Below are positions 1 through 12,689 of a DNA stretch of 64,000 nt, one piece after another. The notes beneath the pieces are model-generated. The model saw only the letters and a program-made list of their open reading frames with translations. It was not told the DNA's origin and did no database searches. The stretch's first letter is position 1. Every line of letters starts with the position of its first letter. Source of the stretch: Vicugna vicugna (lineage: Eukaryota); the NCBI GenBank assembly GCA_013265495.1, contig MU058384.1:1675690-1739689 (forward strand), in the 5' to 3' direction. The position numbers and the translations under genes are program-made.

Positions 1-387
1 TGGAGTTAGCAGAAAAACTGATTTCATCTCAATCAGATTATTGTGGCCAGGAGTTGGTGGTTGGATTTAGAAAGGAAGTAGAGGTTAATAGAACTAAAAG
101 ACCAGTCCCTGGACAATAACTATGTAGACTAAGGAAGTGATGATAAAGGGAGAAAATTCCTCTTAGCTCTACTAAGCCACATCTACATGTCAATAGACTA
201 TCTATACCTATATGGTTGCCACTGATCTTCCCCCAAGGAAAGATATTGCCCAAGGATGGGCACCAGACAGGATGTCTGGGGAAAGAAATGAGAGGGAGCC
301 ATGCATGGAATTGTTGCCCAAGTCTATAACACTAGAAAGAGACAGTCATCTTTTATCTTAAAGCCATATGCTGTAAGCTTATAAATT

Positions 388-475
388 AATTCATTAATTC
401 ACCAGAAATTTATTTTGCACCCATCACACATCAGGCACACTGCCAGGCCCTATGGGTACAAAAGTAAGTAAGTAA
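388..475 (-). mobile_element. L2 LINE 3' end fragment
   Basis: Resembles reverse complement of L2 tail (attcattcaacaaatatttattgagcacc...caggcactgtgctagg). Confidence 0.6.
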
Positions 476-489
476 CACAATTGATCATT

Positions 490-680
490 ATAATAGCATT
501 CATTATTGGGTGCCTAACATGTGCCAGGAACCGTACTTCCATTATGCAATGGAATGCCCACAACTCACCTCTAAATGAGGCATTAAGTTTCTCCTTTGCC
601 AGAAAAAAACTAAGAGGAAGAAACGAAGGCTCTGACAGACTACATAAAAGTGGTAGATCTCTCAGGGAACTCCAGTGCAG
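490..680 (-). mobile_element. MIR SINE, degenerate
   Basis: taatagcattcattattgggtgcctaacatgtgccagg resembles reverse-complement MIR 3' end. Confidence 0.55.
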
Positions 681-811
681 GAGCACGATAAGCAAACTAA
701 TGTTTACAATATTCAATGGTAAACACTAAAACAGATTTAAAAAAAAAAAAAAGAGGCGCTCAGCATAAGGGAAGGGAGATAGAGGGGACTAGGGAAGGTA
801 GGAAGGCGTGT

Positions 812-848
812 GGGGGAGGGGGTGGGGGGGAGGGCCGTGGGTGGTGGG
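812..848 (+). other. Potential G-quadruplex
   Basis: G5-A-G5-T-G7-A-G3 with two further GGG tracts. Confidence 0.75.
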
Positions 849-1139
849 AAAGGAGCCCAGCACATAAGGAGGATAAATAGTCCCAGAAGAGAGACAGGGA
901 TAATATGCTGTCTTTCAACCATACCTACAAAAGCTTCCTTCGACATGTCTGCAGAATGAAGAATGTTGCTAAGAGAAAGCAGCAGGGCTCATGCACAGTG
1001 TATCTGGGATGACACAGAGGCCCTGACAAGACACTTTTTATCAGCTGAAGAAGAGGGGGCATTTATCATGACAGACTAATTGCTCACTTTGAGTTAGATA
1101 TTGTTCTATCTAGGTACCCTATGTGGCTATATAGTAATG

Positions 1140-1440
1140 ACAGGTTTTTAAACAAACGATACAAAGCTTGTATGTCCAAATAAACACCCCAAAGTAGTTA
1201 GTCACCTTAAGTTTAAATGCTGATTTCAGCGTCCATCCCCCACCTGCTACCTCCTTTGCTCAAAAGATTTCAGGTACGACTCTTCTAATTGCCTTCACAA
1301 CTTGCAATATATTTTTTTGAATATACTTAATGCTGAAAAACCTTTACCAGTGGAAGTGCAGTATTTTTGGTTTCATTTGAGGTCAAAAATAATTTTGAGC
1401 TAAATCCATGATGAGTGATTAAATTGGGTAAAAATAATGG
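1140..1440. mobile_element. MARNA-like mariner DNA transposon relic
   Basis: tgctcaaaagatttcagg...ctcttctaattgccttca resembles recalled MARNA consensus. Confidence 0.4.
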
Positions 1441-1469
1441 AAAATGCCAATTAAATGTCAGTCAGTAAG

Positions 1470-2180
1470 CTAAGTATATTTTATAAATCATCTCCCTAAT
1501 TTAATTCTCACCACAAATCTGTAAGGTGGATATTTATGTCAGGTCCCCCTTTAACATTTCTTCAATAATTATAAAATTAGTATATGCTCACTGAAGAAAG
1601 TTTGGAAAATCCAGAAAAGTAGAAAGAAGAAACCAATCCTCCTTCAAGGTCTCACCACTCAGATCTAACAACTATTGAAGTTACCCAGTTTATTGGTCTA
1701 GTCTTTTTCCGTGAATGAGTATATAAATATGTTCTTTACCCCAAAATTAGTCACACTGTACAAAACTTTGTAATTACTCACTTAATATTATATTCTGAAC
1801 AGTTTTTCAAGTCACTAAATTTCTTCTACAAAATCATCTTTACTCACTCTTTGGTATTCCTGTAGGTGGATATGTCATAATCTACCCAAAGAATTCCAGC
1901 ATTTCAGTGCCTCAAATCAACATTTTTTATAAGATAAGTCTTTGTGGAGTCCTATATCATTTCCTTCAGATAATTTCCTCGAAGTAGAATTGCTGGATTC
2001 AAGGCAGGTATACATATATAGTGGCTGTTATAATTTCCCCAACTTCTAGATGAGTAAATGAAAACTCAAAGAAGTACGTTGCACAAAGAAGTCAAAAACC
2101 CAGAATGTAGCACAGGTTGGATCTGACCCAGGCCTGTGACTCTAGATCTAAAGACTGATTTTTTTTTCCACTATGATAAA
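1470..2180 (-). mobile_element. MIR split by an L1ME 3' UTR fragment (L1 about 1560-2025)
   Basis: MIR-like ttaattctcaccacaaatctgtaaggtgg on the left resumes at ccccaacttctagatgagtaaatg...ggatctgacccagg on the right; insert has L1ME-like tagaattgctggattcaagg. Confidence 0.55.
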
Positions 2181-2554
2181 CGAATTGCAATCAAAAATGA
2201 TAAATGTCAATTTAAAAAAAGAATTTTCACACCTGCAACCCAAACTATCCCCGGAAGACTTTTTTAAAAAGGAATTAGAAACATGTTTTGGATTTGCATT
2301 TGTTTCCCTAATGATTCTTTAAAGACCCAAGCTCATTTCTGAGTTTATGTTTTTGCTATGTTCATTTTTAAAGCACTCACTTTACTTCATCATTACATTC
2401 TTAGAAGATGTCAGTTCTGTCCTTTATGAATTTACAATTCTAGCAAGATTCTGGCCGAATCACTGGGCTTCTGGTTGAACTGCCAAAAAGCTTAATCTCT
2501 CCAGCATTTAGACAACTTAATTGAGACAAACTTGGTTACAATTCAGGCAAGCCA

Positions 2555-3010
2555 CAGCCAGGTGGGGAGCCCACACCCGCGTGTTTAGAATACCAAATGA
2601 CTAATAGATAACCAGTCTTCCTTGAGTCTGGCTACATTCTGATAACAGGGAAAAAACATTTCCCACCCAAAGTTCTACTGGTTTTTTATAAACATATAGC
2701 CTGTTCTCCGGGAAGGATGAGTGGGATGAGCAATACAAGTACAACCAGCTCTCTTCCTTGCACATTTGTCACTGGCATGTGGTTCAAAGCAGATTAGAGA
2801 AAAGTTGGCTGGTGGGGGAGGTGCACTGGAAGGGATGGGTGGGGATATTGTGCTGAAATTGCATTTTTATGGTTGTGTCTACAAACATTTCTAAATTGTC
2901 CTTAATTCATTGTCCCCAGGCACTCATCCCTCTTCGGGAACCAAGAGGGTTTTAAGGGTAAAGTAGAGGAGAGGACTTTAAAGATAAGAAGATTTTAAAG
3001 ATAAGACAGA
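2555..3010. promoter_or_regulatory. Candidate enhancer (E-box/KLF/AP-1-like/GATA/RUNX cluster)
   Basis: CAGGTG 2559, CCACACCC 2571, TGACTAA 2598, AGATAA 2606, TGATAA 2640, TGTGGTT 2778, AGATAA 2982 and 2999 in non-repeat DNA. Confidence 0.35.
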
Positions 3011-3139
3011 GGAGGAAGTTGACTTAGGAATTCTGACTCCAGGCTTTCAAAGTGTTGTAAAGATGCTTTCAACCTGTTTGGGAGCTCCACTGGTTTTCCC
3101 CAGTGCTCTGATCAGATGACCAACGAACAGTCCTGCTTT

Positions 3140-4045
3140 CTCCCCATGAGCACCAACCTCAACTTGAGTGTTTCACCAACATCTCAAATGTTTCATCTCA
3201 ATATCTCAATATCTCATCTTAACTAACAGGACTGCAAGCTCGCCCAGCCCATCCATCATCCACCCCGTCTTCTGCCATGCTAACTACTCCTTCTCCACCT
3301 TACCGTGTCGGTAAACAGCACCAACAAGCACACAGATGTTCAAGCCATATGAGACTCTGCTTTTGCCCTTAGCCCCACATCCTGTAGGCTTTACCTCCCA
3401 AACACATTTCTGCTCCACCCACTGATCCTTCTCTCCATCTGCACTGCTATCCCCTTAGTGTAAACCTAGTTCAAGTAGACTCTCATCTAAAATTCTTGTT
3501 TCTACTTCTGTCCCTTAATAGTGCCTTCTCCACACAATGGTCAGAGTGAGCTTTCAAAACATAAATCAAGCTAGTGTCTTACTTTTTGCCACAGAAGGCC
3601 AGACCCCTCACCATGATCCATAAAGCCAAGCCCCTGCCCACCTCTCCACCCTCACCCACCACCCCAGAGCCTCTCCTGGCACACCACTCAGGTCTGGCTG
3701 ATCTCCCTGGCCTTACCTCAGGTCTGAAACCTGAAACTTGCTGTTCCACTGCCTGGAACACTCTCAGACCTCACAAAGCTGGTTCATTTTCACTGTTCAG
3801 AGCTCAGCTCAAATATTATTTCCTCAGAAGGCTTCCCTGACTCCCCTCACAAATCTTTATAGCACTCAGCACTGGAGAAAATCATCTCCTATTTGTCTAT
3901 GTAACTGTTTATTGTTCCATCTCCCTCACTAAAATATAAAAGACAGATTTGTCTAACTAACACAGCATTTTATACTAGAACTGAAAACAGTGCCTAGCTC
4001 AGAGTAGTCACTAAAAAAAGTGTCAAATAAAAGAATCAATAAATG
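3140..4045 (+). mobile_element. L2 LINE 3' portion
   Basis: Pyrimidine-rich L2 body (ctgcctggaacactctc, gaaggcttccctgac) ending in L2 tail aacagtgcctagctcagagtagtcac...aataaatga. Confidence 0.8.
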
Positions 4046-7003
4046 ATGGAGAAATGGGTGGGTGGAACCCATTCACCCTATTATTGCCTTAAATTCCTCA
4101 AGAAACCAATTGTCTTTTTTTTTTTTTTGAGATTCAGGCAATAACTGTACGTTCAGTGAGATTCAGCCACTAGATAACTTATTCCGAGTTGTAAATTAGG
4201 CACTTTAAATAGTCACATAAATTCTTAGGCTCTTAGTACACTAATGTATCAGTGGCTTGAAAGAATTGACCAAATTTCCCAAGTACGTTTCTCAAGACTA
4301 GCTAGAGGGTGGTGATGGAATCTGGCACTTTGTATTTTATACATTAACTACTGTTGGCTTGTTTTGTGCTTTTTTTTAAGCCTAATTCTCTCTGCCTAAA
4401 GAATTCTGGATTTGAAAAGTAAATTCCTAAGTATCTGATTACAACCTTATATCAAAATGCTTAAATAATTGATAATATACAGATTATTCATCTAGAAAAA
4501 GTAGGCATTTGGACCCAAAAATATATGTATGTATAAACACTCACACATATAAATGCACAGAAAGAATATATTAAGCTTTAATGAGTTTGCTGTGTGCATG
4601 AAACTTTCTCGTATGTCATGCACGAGTGGCGAAATAGGTCAAACAGTGGGAATCTCTTCATCTTTGAAATCTTTACAAATACAGTGCTGTCCCCACATCA
4701 CCTCTTGCCTAAGAGCTTCAAAATACAGAAGCTTGGGAGAAATGCGAAGCAAAATAAAATTCCGAGCTCTTGCGTAGCAAATTGTAGCAGCACTGAAGTC
4801 TGGTGTCCTGGTGTCTTATTCACAGGGACACATTCCTGTGGCCAGCACAATGCCTCTAGGTTGTCTGCTCTGAATGAAGAGGGATTTCCGTATGTGTTTT
4901 CATAATGAACATTAGGATTTGGAGACATATTTTATCCAAACTGTGAAAAGCCAATGGTAGCAATTCAATATTTAAGCAATGATCTAAATGGCATGCTTAC
5001 TTTTTTCATAACCTTATGGAGGAACACTCTTTAAGCCACTCTCTTAATGCCAGGTTTGTTTTTTATTTGTGTTTATTTCAATATATCCTCTCCCATATGA
5101 GACACAGCTCCTTCCCTCTCCTCCCATCACTTCAGTAAAGCTATGTCCTGTCAGATAACAAGAAAGTTGGGCTATTGAGAAGCAAGGAAGAGAGGGGTGG
5201 TTTTGTGCAGGATAATTGTGCTGGCTCAGATGTTCCCTGAGTTACTTTCGGGGGGTGAACACTCATTTCCCTGTAAGTCTCTAATAAAAATCTTTCTCAG
5301 ATTTACCTCCCCTCTCCCTAGTCATTTTGTGCTTTTAAAAAACTGATTTCTCTGGTCATGTCTGCAGCAGATGTTGCTTTATTGTTTGCTAACATCATGC
5401 TAACATCACACTCACAAAAACAGTCTGTGGAGCCTGACTTCTGTCAACGCAGCCTATGGTTTCAGCACAAGCTGGGAGATTTTCCCCAGCTTTAGTCAAT
5501 GACTCCCTTTAGACAAGTTGCTTAAAGTCATCAGCTCCCACTGATGCAGAAATGGAGACCCACGATAACAGACAGCTGAAGTCTTTGGAGGAAAGGCCAC
5601 ATGCCTTGTTTCCCAAACTTCCTCCTTGCAGACATATTAAAAGTCTTCTGACCTTTTTAGACAAGAGAAAGACCCATCATTTAAAAACGACCTTTCCTTG
5701 TTTAGTGGGTCAAGCATTTTTTAGACTCTTGCTTTTTGAATACATCTTTATCTCTCAAGTCTTCCTGTCTCTTCTGAAATTTTTAAGTGTTTTCCAAAAC
5801 TTGAATGTGTGTGGACTCAAAGATTATCAAGGTATCATTTTGGAGGTAGAATGCATTACCAATTTATTTTACGCTTTAAGGCTAAGTGAGGTTCAAGTCA
5901 ACAGTCTTTAAGCACAATCCAGTGCCAAGAAGAGCGGAGAAATAACAACCAATGAGGCATGAACTCTTCCCTTATGGAGGTGATAATCCAGGAGCGGACG
6001 GGGACTGGTAACAAACTAGTGTACAGCAATAGTAAGTACAGACTAAATTAAAATGCAGACATGCTCTGAGCCAGTGATTGAGACCATGAAGACACACGAA
6101 GGCTTCAAGAAGACAATGACTTTTAAAGTGGATCTTAAATGAAGATTTGAATTTCAATACCTAAAGCGATGACTAAAGACAGAACTTGAAGGAAGCTGTG
6201 GTTCTCAGTTTTAGGAATTCTGCTTGCTGACATGCTGGGCTATTTGTAAGTGCTCAATGTTGCCACTGTTTATGGTATACTGCTCTTATTTCCAAGTTAT
6301 TGAAAATCTGTAATTCAAATCATTTACAGCTTGAAATTATTACTGCAGTTAAAAAGTTCAAATCAAACAAAAGTACATTTATTTAGAAAGGCTTTTGACC
6401 ACATTCCCCCACCTGTTTGAAACCCTTCCAAGATATTTTATTGTTGTTTTAATTTCCATTTCTGGGGGTTATATTTATTAGTCTCTTGCATTTCCTTCCA
6501 GAGGATAGGAGAAGTTGGGGAGAAAGCAAAAGTGCTTGATGGAGGATTAGAGAAGGAGAGAAAGGCATGCCTCAGGCACAGTTCCAAGCTTTGCCCACCC
6601 TCCCCACCCCCACTCTCCCCCTCCCCAGTCTAGCCTTCTCTTTTGTCTTCAGAATTGAACTCTCTGGGTTAGAGCCATTCTCTGAGGCTCTAACTCTTCC
6701 CACTAGGATAATTTATGTTAGCCTGCATCTTCCCCAATCATCCTGCCTAGAGAGAATCCAGCTGAAGGAGGGGGAAATCTAGGGTCTGAAGACTGGAGGA
6801 ATTGCATTTGATTAGAAAGAAATGCAATCAGAGCTCACTGTTTTTATAAATGTATCACATGAACTAAATACCAAAATTTCCATATCTTTATTTCCCTCTA
6901 GAATTACAATTACTATGAGGGAATTATTAATATAAATACTTGAGGCATTTATAGTACTTAGTGCTCTATTGAATGTGTTTGGGGGAGAGGAGCTGAGAGG
7001 CAC

Positions 7004-7126
7004 ATATTTGGGACATATCTTGGGACATTTGGGACATACTTATACTAAGAAGTTATTCTTTGTTTATCTAAAATTCACATTTAACTATAAATTCTGTATT
7101 TTTATTTGCTAAATCTGGCACCTCTA
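7004..7126. mobile_element. MER53 hAT MITE, one arm only
   Basis: ttgggacatacttatactaagaagttattc...aaattcacatttaac...atttgctaaatctggcacctcta matches one arm of the palindromic MER53. Confidence 0.75.
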
Positions 7127-7139
7127 AATAAGAGGCCTT

Positions 7140-7320
7140 TCAATTTGGAAATTGCAAAGTCACTACCATCTTTGAAAGATCAGTTTCCAAGCAAGTCACA
7201 GGGAAGCTAGATCACCAGAAGATAGGGAGTGAATGATTATAAGGAAAGAGAGACTAGTACAGACTGCTTTTCCCAGAAATTTGATGCTGGAAGGAAGGAG
7301 AGAGATGTGTTGCTATTTGG
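7140..7320 (-). mobile_element. L2 fragment
   Basis: gaagctagatc...gggagtgaatg...gactgcttttcccagaaatttgatgctggaaggaaggagagag. Confidence 0.5.
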
Positions 7321-7609
7321 GTTTTTTTTTCAATCAACTTTTTGTATATGCCCCAAATAATGACAGGATTCCGTTAAATAAATAAAGGAACCCATTTAGT
7401 TAAGACTAGATATCATCATCTCAATAGGTCATGCTGGAGAGTCTATCAGGAAATGTAAATCTGACATTTTGCCTTTTAAAATAACACAAATGTACCATTT
7501 CTGATTCTTACATCTGAATAAAAATTCTGATTATAACATAATTATAATTAATCCAAATTTACATCTTCAAATACTAAGTAGAAAATATTTTTTTAACCTT
7601 GGTAAAAAT

Positions 7610-8680
7610 TTTAAAAAAATAACAGATGGTGCCAAAAGAAATTGAAAAGGTAACAACCTGGGAGAAATGTTTGCAACGTACAAGCATAATGAAAAACAAA
7701 TTTGTGTTCAGAATATATAAAGAATACCCATAGACAGACAAGAATAAGTCAACAACATGATAACAAACAGGGCATACAAAACGAACAGGTATTTCACCAA
7801 AAAGAAACATATACTCAGAATCTCAACTTCTTTAGAAACAAAGGAAAATAACACCAAATAGACTACAAGATACCAGGTTCATGCTCATTAAATTGACAAG
7901 AACTTGAAAGTCTAACTATCCCAAAGGTTGGAAGGAATCGGGAGCAATAGGAACTATGAGTGACTGTTCGTGGAAATGTGAATTGATTTGCTGATTCTGG
8001 AAAACAATCTGACATTATCTAGGAAAGTTGCAGGTGTGCATATCCCACTTTTTATACTCTGGAGAAGATCTTGCTTGTGAACACTAGGGGACATATACAA
8101 GAATGTTTCTGATAGGCTAAAAACAACCTGGGTGCAAGTCAAAAGGAAAGTAAACAAATAGCCTGTGGTATATTTATGCAACTGAAAACAGCAGAGAAAA
8201 TTAATACGCTATATGCATATGAATGCATCTCACCAAAAAATTCTAAACAAATGAGCAAATCACAGAAGGCATAAAGCATACTTTTCATATAAAGTTAGAA
8301 AATTCATAAAGCTCTACTTTGTTATAGCTAATACTATATATGTATATCCGTATGTATATATATCGCTTTCTTTACAGTTTACCACTTATATATGTTTTTC
8401 CGTATGTATATTACCATATACATATACAGTTTCCCCATACATATAATATTTCAGCTTCACTGTATGGAAAAGGATTAAAATGATAAACATAAAAGTCAAG
8501 ATAGTGGTTACCTCTGGAGTGGGAAATAATTATAGGGAACTTCAAAATAATTAGAAATGTTTCCTTTCTTAACTATATAGTAAACACAGGAGTATAAATG
8601 TGATTGTTATGATTTATCCTTACTTTATATTTCTTATTTTATATCTATAAAATATTTCAGAATTTTTCAAAAGAGAAATA
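7610..8680 (+). mobile_element. L1M (L1ME/MC-like) ORF2 end plus 3' UTR, degenerate
   Basis: acctgggagaaatgtttgcaac, gaatatataaagaa, ctggaaaacaatctgac, atagtggttacctctgg landmarks; TA-rich patch 8335-8450. Confidence 0.8.
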
Positions 8681-9311
8681 CACATAAATTCTCATTATCA
8701 AATAACTTTTGCAGAAACTGAATTTACTTGCGTAAAGATTATAAATGTGTAGCACACATGATTTAGCCCTCTTTTGTCAACATACAGTGAGAGACGTGTC
8801 AAACCAGCATGGGCTTAGAGCATTCCAAACACTGCATATTCAGCATAGCTGGGAAGTTGTTGCATCAATACTAATCACTGGTCTTACAGCTCTGCTTTGT
8901 GTTTAAGATTGAGCCTTTGAAAAACCACCCCACCCAGAATGTTACACAGAATCTCCAAAACATGTTTTTCAAGTACTATGAGACCCAAAAATTATTTTGG
9001 AATAAAGACAAATGAGTCCATAAACACTGAGTCCAAAATATTCTGCGATTTTAAAGACTCAGGTGCAAGATTACAGAAAGGGTACAATCAGATTTTCTCC
9101 CTGGAATAAGTTTATTGTAGATATAAAGCAGACAGTCAAACTGAATCCTTTTTCATCCTTATTTAACACCAAGTGCAGTCTATAAAATCTACAGCCTGAA
9201 AGTTACCAAAGGTCAATTAATGCAGTCTGCCTGGCACCCATCTTACTGTTTTCTGTCAGTCCTACACTAGCTCAGGGAGGCCTTCGTGTCTTCTTCTCTG
9301 ATAATACTCAC

Positions 9312-9400
9312 CTTTGTTGCCATCCAGGTGTTCCTGTCAACAGATCGTTAGCAGCAATGTCAAGACTCTCGGACAATTGTCAGAGGACCAGTATATATCT
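9312..9400 (-). other. Candidate alternative first exon encoding MATK, phase-0 donor
   Basis: ATG GCA ACA AAG|GTGAGT (ATG 9323, donor after 9312); TATATA at 9392-9397 upstream. Confidence 0.3.
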
Positions 9401-10304
9401 CACTCACTGACTGGCTAAGACTCCAGACTTACATTGGATAAAAGACACTTCATTCTCTTTTGGAGTGAAGGGGAAACTCCTCATTTTCTGATATGTATTA
9501 CTTCAAGTGACCTTTTAAAAAAAACATTTCTGATATTAGTCTTTAAAATAGAATTATAAACATCTTATCTCATAGAGATACAAAATATAACTTAATTCTA
9601 ATTGAATCTCATTAAGAACTGTCAGCACACCAAAATAATCTTGTATATTTACCACCGCCATTTTGTCTCAGAGCTATGTAAGACAGAGGAGCTATTCCCA
9701 AACTACTATGAAAAAAGGACTAGAAATAAGATTCAATTACTAGGCTGTTGCCATTTAAAAAGCCTCCCCCCTCCCCGAGAGTATTCAAAATCTCTCTACA
9801 CTCTCACCATCCATAGCAGACCCCTTCCTTTTTCTTACTGATGCCAGTGGATAGGTTGTCCTGTTATCATTTGTTTTACCCTACAGATGTTGCTTGAGTG
9901 ACTGAATTAGTGCCGTCTTCTACAAAACAAAGTTCAGGGGCTTTGTGACCATAATTCCCCACCTAGGGCCAGTCTTAGTTCAGATATAGAATTATGGCTT
10001 TATTAACAGTGGCTAAAACAACTGAGATGCAACCTCTAGACAACTGGGGTACAACAAAGCCTTTTTCCAGTAGGATTACTATAGTAGCAAAAGTTTAAAG
10101 ATGCTACCTCATAACACAGAATATTTATGAAAGTTTCTATGTGATAATTTTTAAACAGCCAATGCAAAAGCAAAGAAAAATGACCATAGCATAAAATCAG
10201 AATAGGGAGATATCATTTATACAAGTATAGTTATACCGTCAAGAATCAAAAGGCTACGTAGGTCATATTTGTATGGTCACTGGTAAATGTGATACTCACG
10301 CCCT

Positions 10305-10435
10305 CTCTTTTCTAATTTTTCCATTAGTTAAATGGGAACAATAACTCCATTCACCTCCTAAGGATGTTGGAAGGATTCATGAGGCAATGCTTATGAAGCA
10401 CTTAAAGTTCTTTCAGTGAAAGATTCTATGTAAAC
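10305..10435 (+). mobile_element. MIR core fragment
   Basis: ttccattagttaaatgggaacaataac...aggatgttggaaggattcatgag. Confidence 0.6.
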
Positions 10436-11479
10436 ACAACCTTGCACTGTTCTATCCAACCATAACCACACTCTGCTTGTTGAAAACTCAACCTCTGTAC
10501 CCTCAAAAGGAGAAGTTAACATGCTAGTACCAGACTATTTGTAGTTAGCTTACTCTGAGACCTAGGATGAAATAAATGGATAAAATTTTAAGTATCTTGA
10601 GGTATATATCTCCTTCAATTTTATTTCTTTCTCTCTACAGATTGCCTACATAAATACTATTTTTAACACCAAAAACTTGTTTTTAATTAGTGCCCTACTT
10701 TCACCGTCTCTAATTGCAGTGTTATGGGCACTATCAAGTATCAATCAGGAGAGCTTTGGAAAACATCACTCTTCTCATTTGGCTGAGAAAGAGATGTTAG
10801 TGAATCAAATGAGGCTAAGGTACATGGAAAAAGAAAAGCTCTATCTTGATAAGGGTGAAACTGCCTGTACAGAATAAGAAAACTAAAACCCACGATGGAA
10901 ACGGGAAAGAAAAAGTCTCATGGTTGGTTCCAGATTCCTGCCCCAAAGCTGTGTTTTGACTTGCACCATGGATTTGATGTCACATCATCTGATTACATGG
11001 TCTCGTGGTTCTCCTCTCCACCCTCAGGAATTCCTACTCGAGTGTTTGCCTACCTTTAACAGGATATGGCCATTGCTCTATGGGGACAACATTCTGTCCT
11101 GAGTTTTAGAAACTTTTAAAGGAAAATTTAGGGATCTTCTTACAACGAAAATTGTACTGGGAAAAATACTGTAAACATGATTTCATTTTTTAAAAAACCT
11201 CGGTTAAATATTACCCTAATAGGAAGCCCTCCTCCCCCAAACTTGAGAAGCTGTAAAGATAAAAAGCATTTGTGCAAATGTCAAACAAACTGGCAGATTA
11301 CATTCCATTGAATTTATCCATAACTTACTGAACTCCAGGAGTAAGGACTGTGCTTGTTGCTTCAAGCAGGACAGAGATGATTTAGCTAAAACCTTGCTCT
11401 GAAGATTATATTCCATCAGTGCAAGTGGCAACGGTGAAGAGAGATAAAAAGGTAAACTAAGTGCACAAGTCAATATAAT

Positions 11480-12470
11480 CAGGTGGGTGTCAATGGGAAG
11501 TACAACTCACACTGCACTGGGATAACTAATGAGGAAGAGATGACACTTGATTGAGGTATAAAGAAAATCTTCACAGAGAATGTGGTGTTTAAAATGGACC
11601 TTGAAATATGGCTGGAATTTGATAAAGAAGAGATGACAGAGAGAGAAAAATTTAAACAAATGTAGGAAGGAGAAATTTTTATGGTAGATTCAGAGAATAG
11701 CAAGTAGCCAGATTTAAATGGAGCACGGGATCCTTATACTGGAGGAGAAGATGATGAATAAAGATAGTGGAAGCTAGATCAGGAAGGGCCTTGAAGGTCA
11801 CAGTAAGGAGTAGGAACCTAATCAAAGGGCCTGGGGAGGCTCCAAGGTTTTTGATCAGGAAAACAGCATGATTTGAGCTATGTTTTAGGATAAATAATTT
11901 GTCTACAGGTGTGTATAGATTGATTATAGAAGTGCCAGTGAGAAGATGAGCCAGTTATAAAACTTTTGCAATATTCTAAGAAATCATGGGGTCTACACCT
12001 GGGTATAGCAGCAGGCATGAGAAAAAGATGTCACAGTCAGGACTCCCCAGGAATCATCCTGAGACTCTGAGATGTTTATGCAGGAAATTTATTGAGGAGT
12101 GCTCTCAGAAACATCTTTTCGGCAGTGAGGAAGCTAGGATTGGACAGAGAGAAAAATTAAGCTGAAGTGCAATAGCACCAGAGGACTTGAGCCAACCCCA
12201 GATGACGTTCTGAAGCTGGGGTGGCCCTTTCAAGGTCTCCAGTTGAAGCAATGGGTCTGAGCCTTTTCCCCATCAAGTGGACCAGCCGATGCATGGACAG
12301 GAAGAAAGTTTGTGAAGTGAAATCTGCATGAATTGGCAGGTGACACGATGGGAAGGTGGAAGGAGAAAGAAAAGTCAGAGCTAAAGCCAAGGTTTAGGAG
12401 CACTCATGAATAACCTAGAAATGTGGTGATAGACTTGATTTGGAGGTGAAGGTGACAACTTAAACCAGGG
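11480..12470 (-). mobile_element. L2 fragment interrupted by an LTR16C fragment
   Basis: Purine-rich L2 antisense (ctagatcaggaagggccttgaagg, atgatttgagctatgttttagga) on both sides of about 12030-12295. Confidence 0.65.
12030..12295 (-). mobile_element. LTR16C (ERVL) partial solo LTR
   Basis: gactctgagatg...tgcaggaaatttattgaggagtgctctcag...ctgaagctggggtggccctt matches reverse-complement LTR16C. Confidence 0.7.
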
Positions 12471-12689
12471 ACACACTGGCACATTCCTTGTTTTCTGGAA
12501 TACTGTTGCTAGGATCATGCCCAGTGGGCTGTAGTGTCTGCAGTATATCATACTTGTGTCCATACAGGTAACGTTACTGAAAAAGAAAAGATAATGAAAG
12601 CTCGAGTTCCTATTAATAGCAATGGTAGCACTGGAGAGTACAAAGGACAGAAGAGGATTCCAGATAGACTTGACATAAAAATTTAAAAA

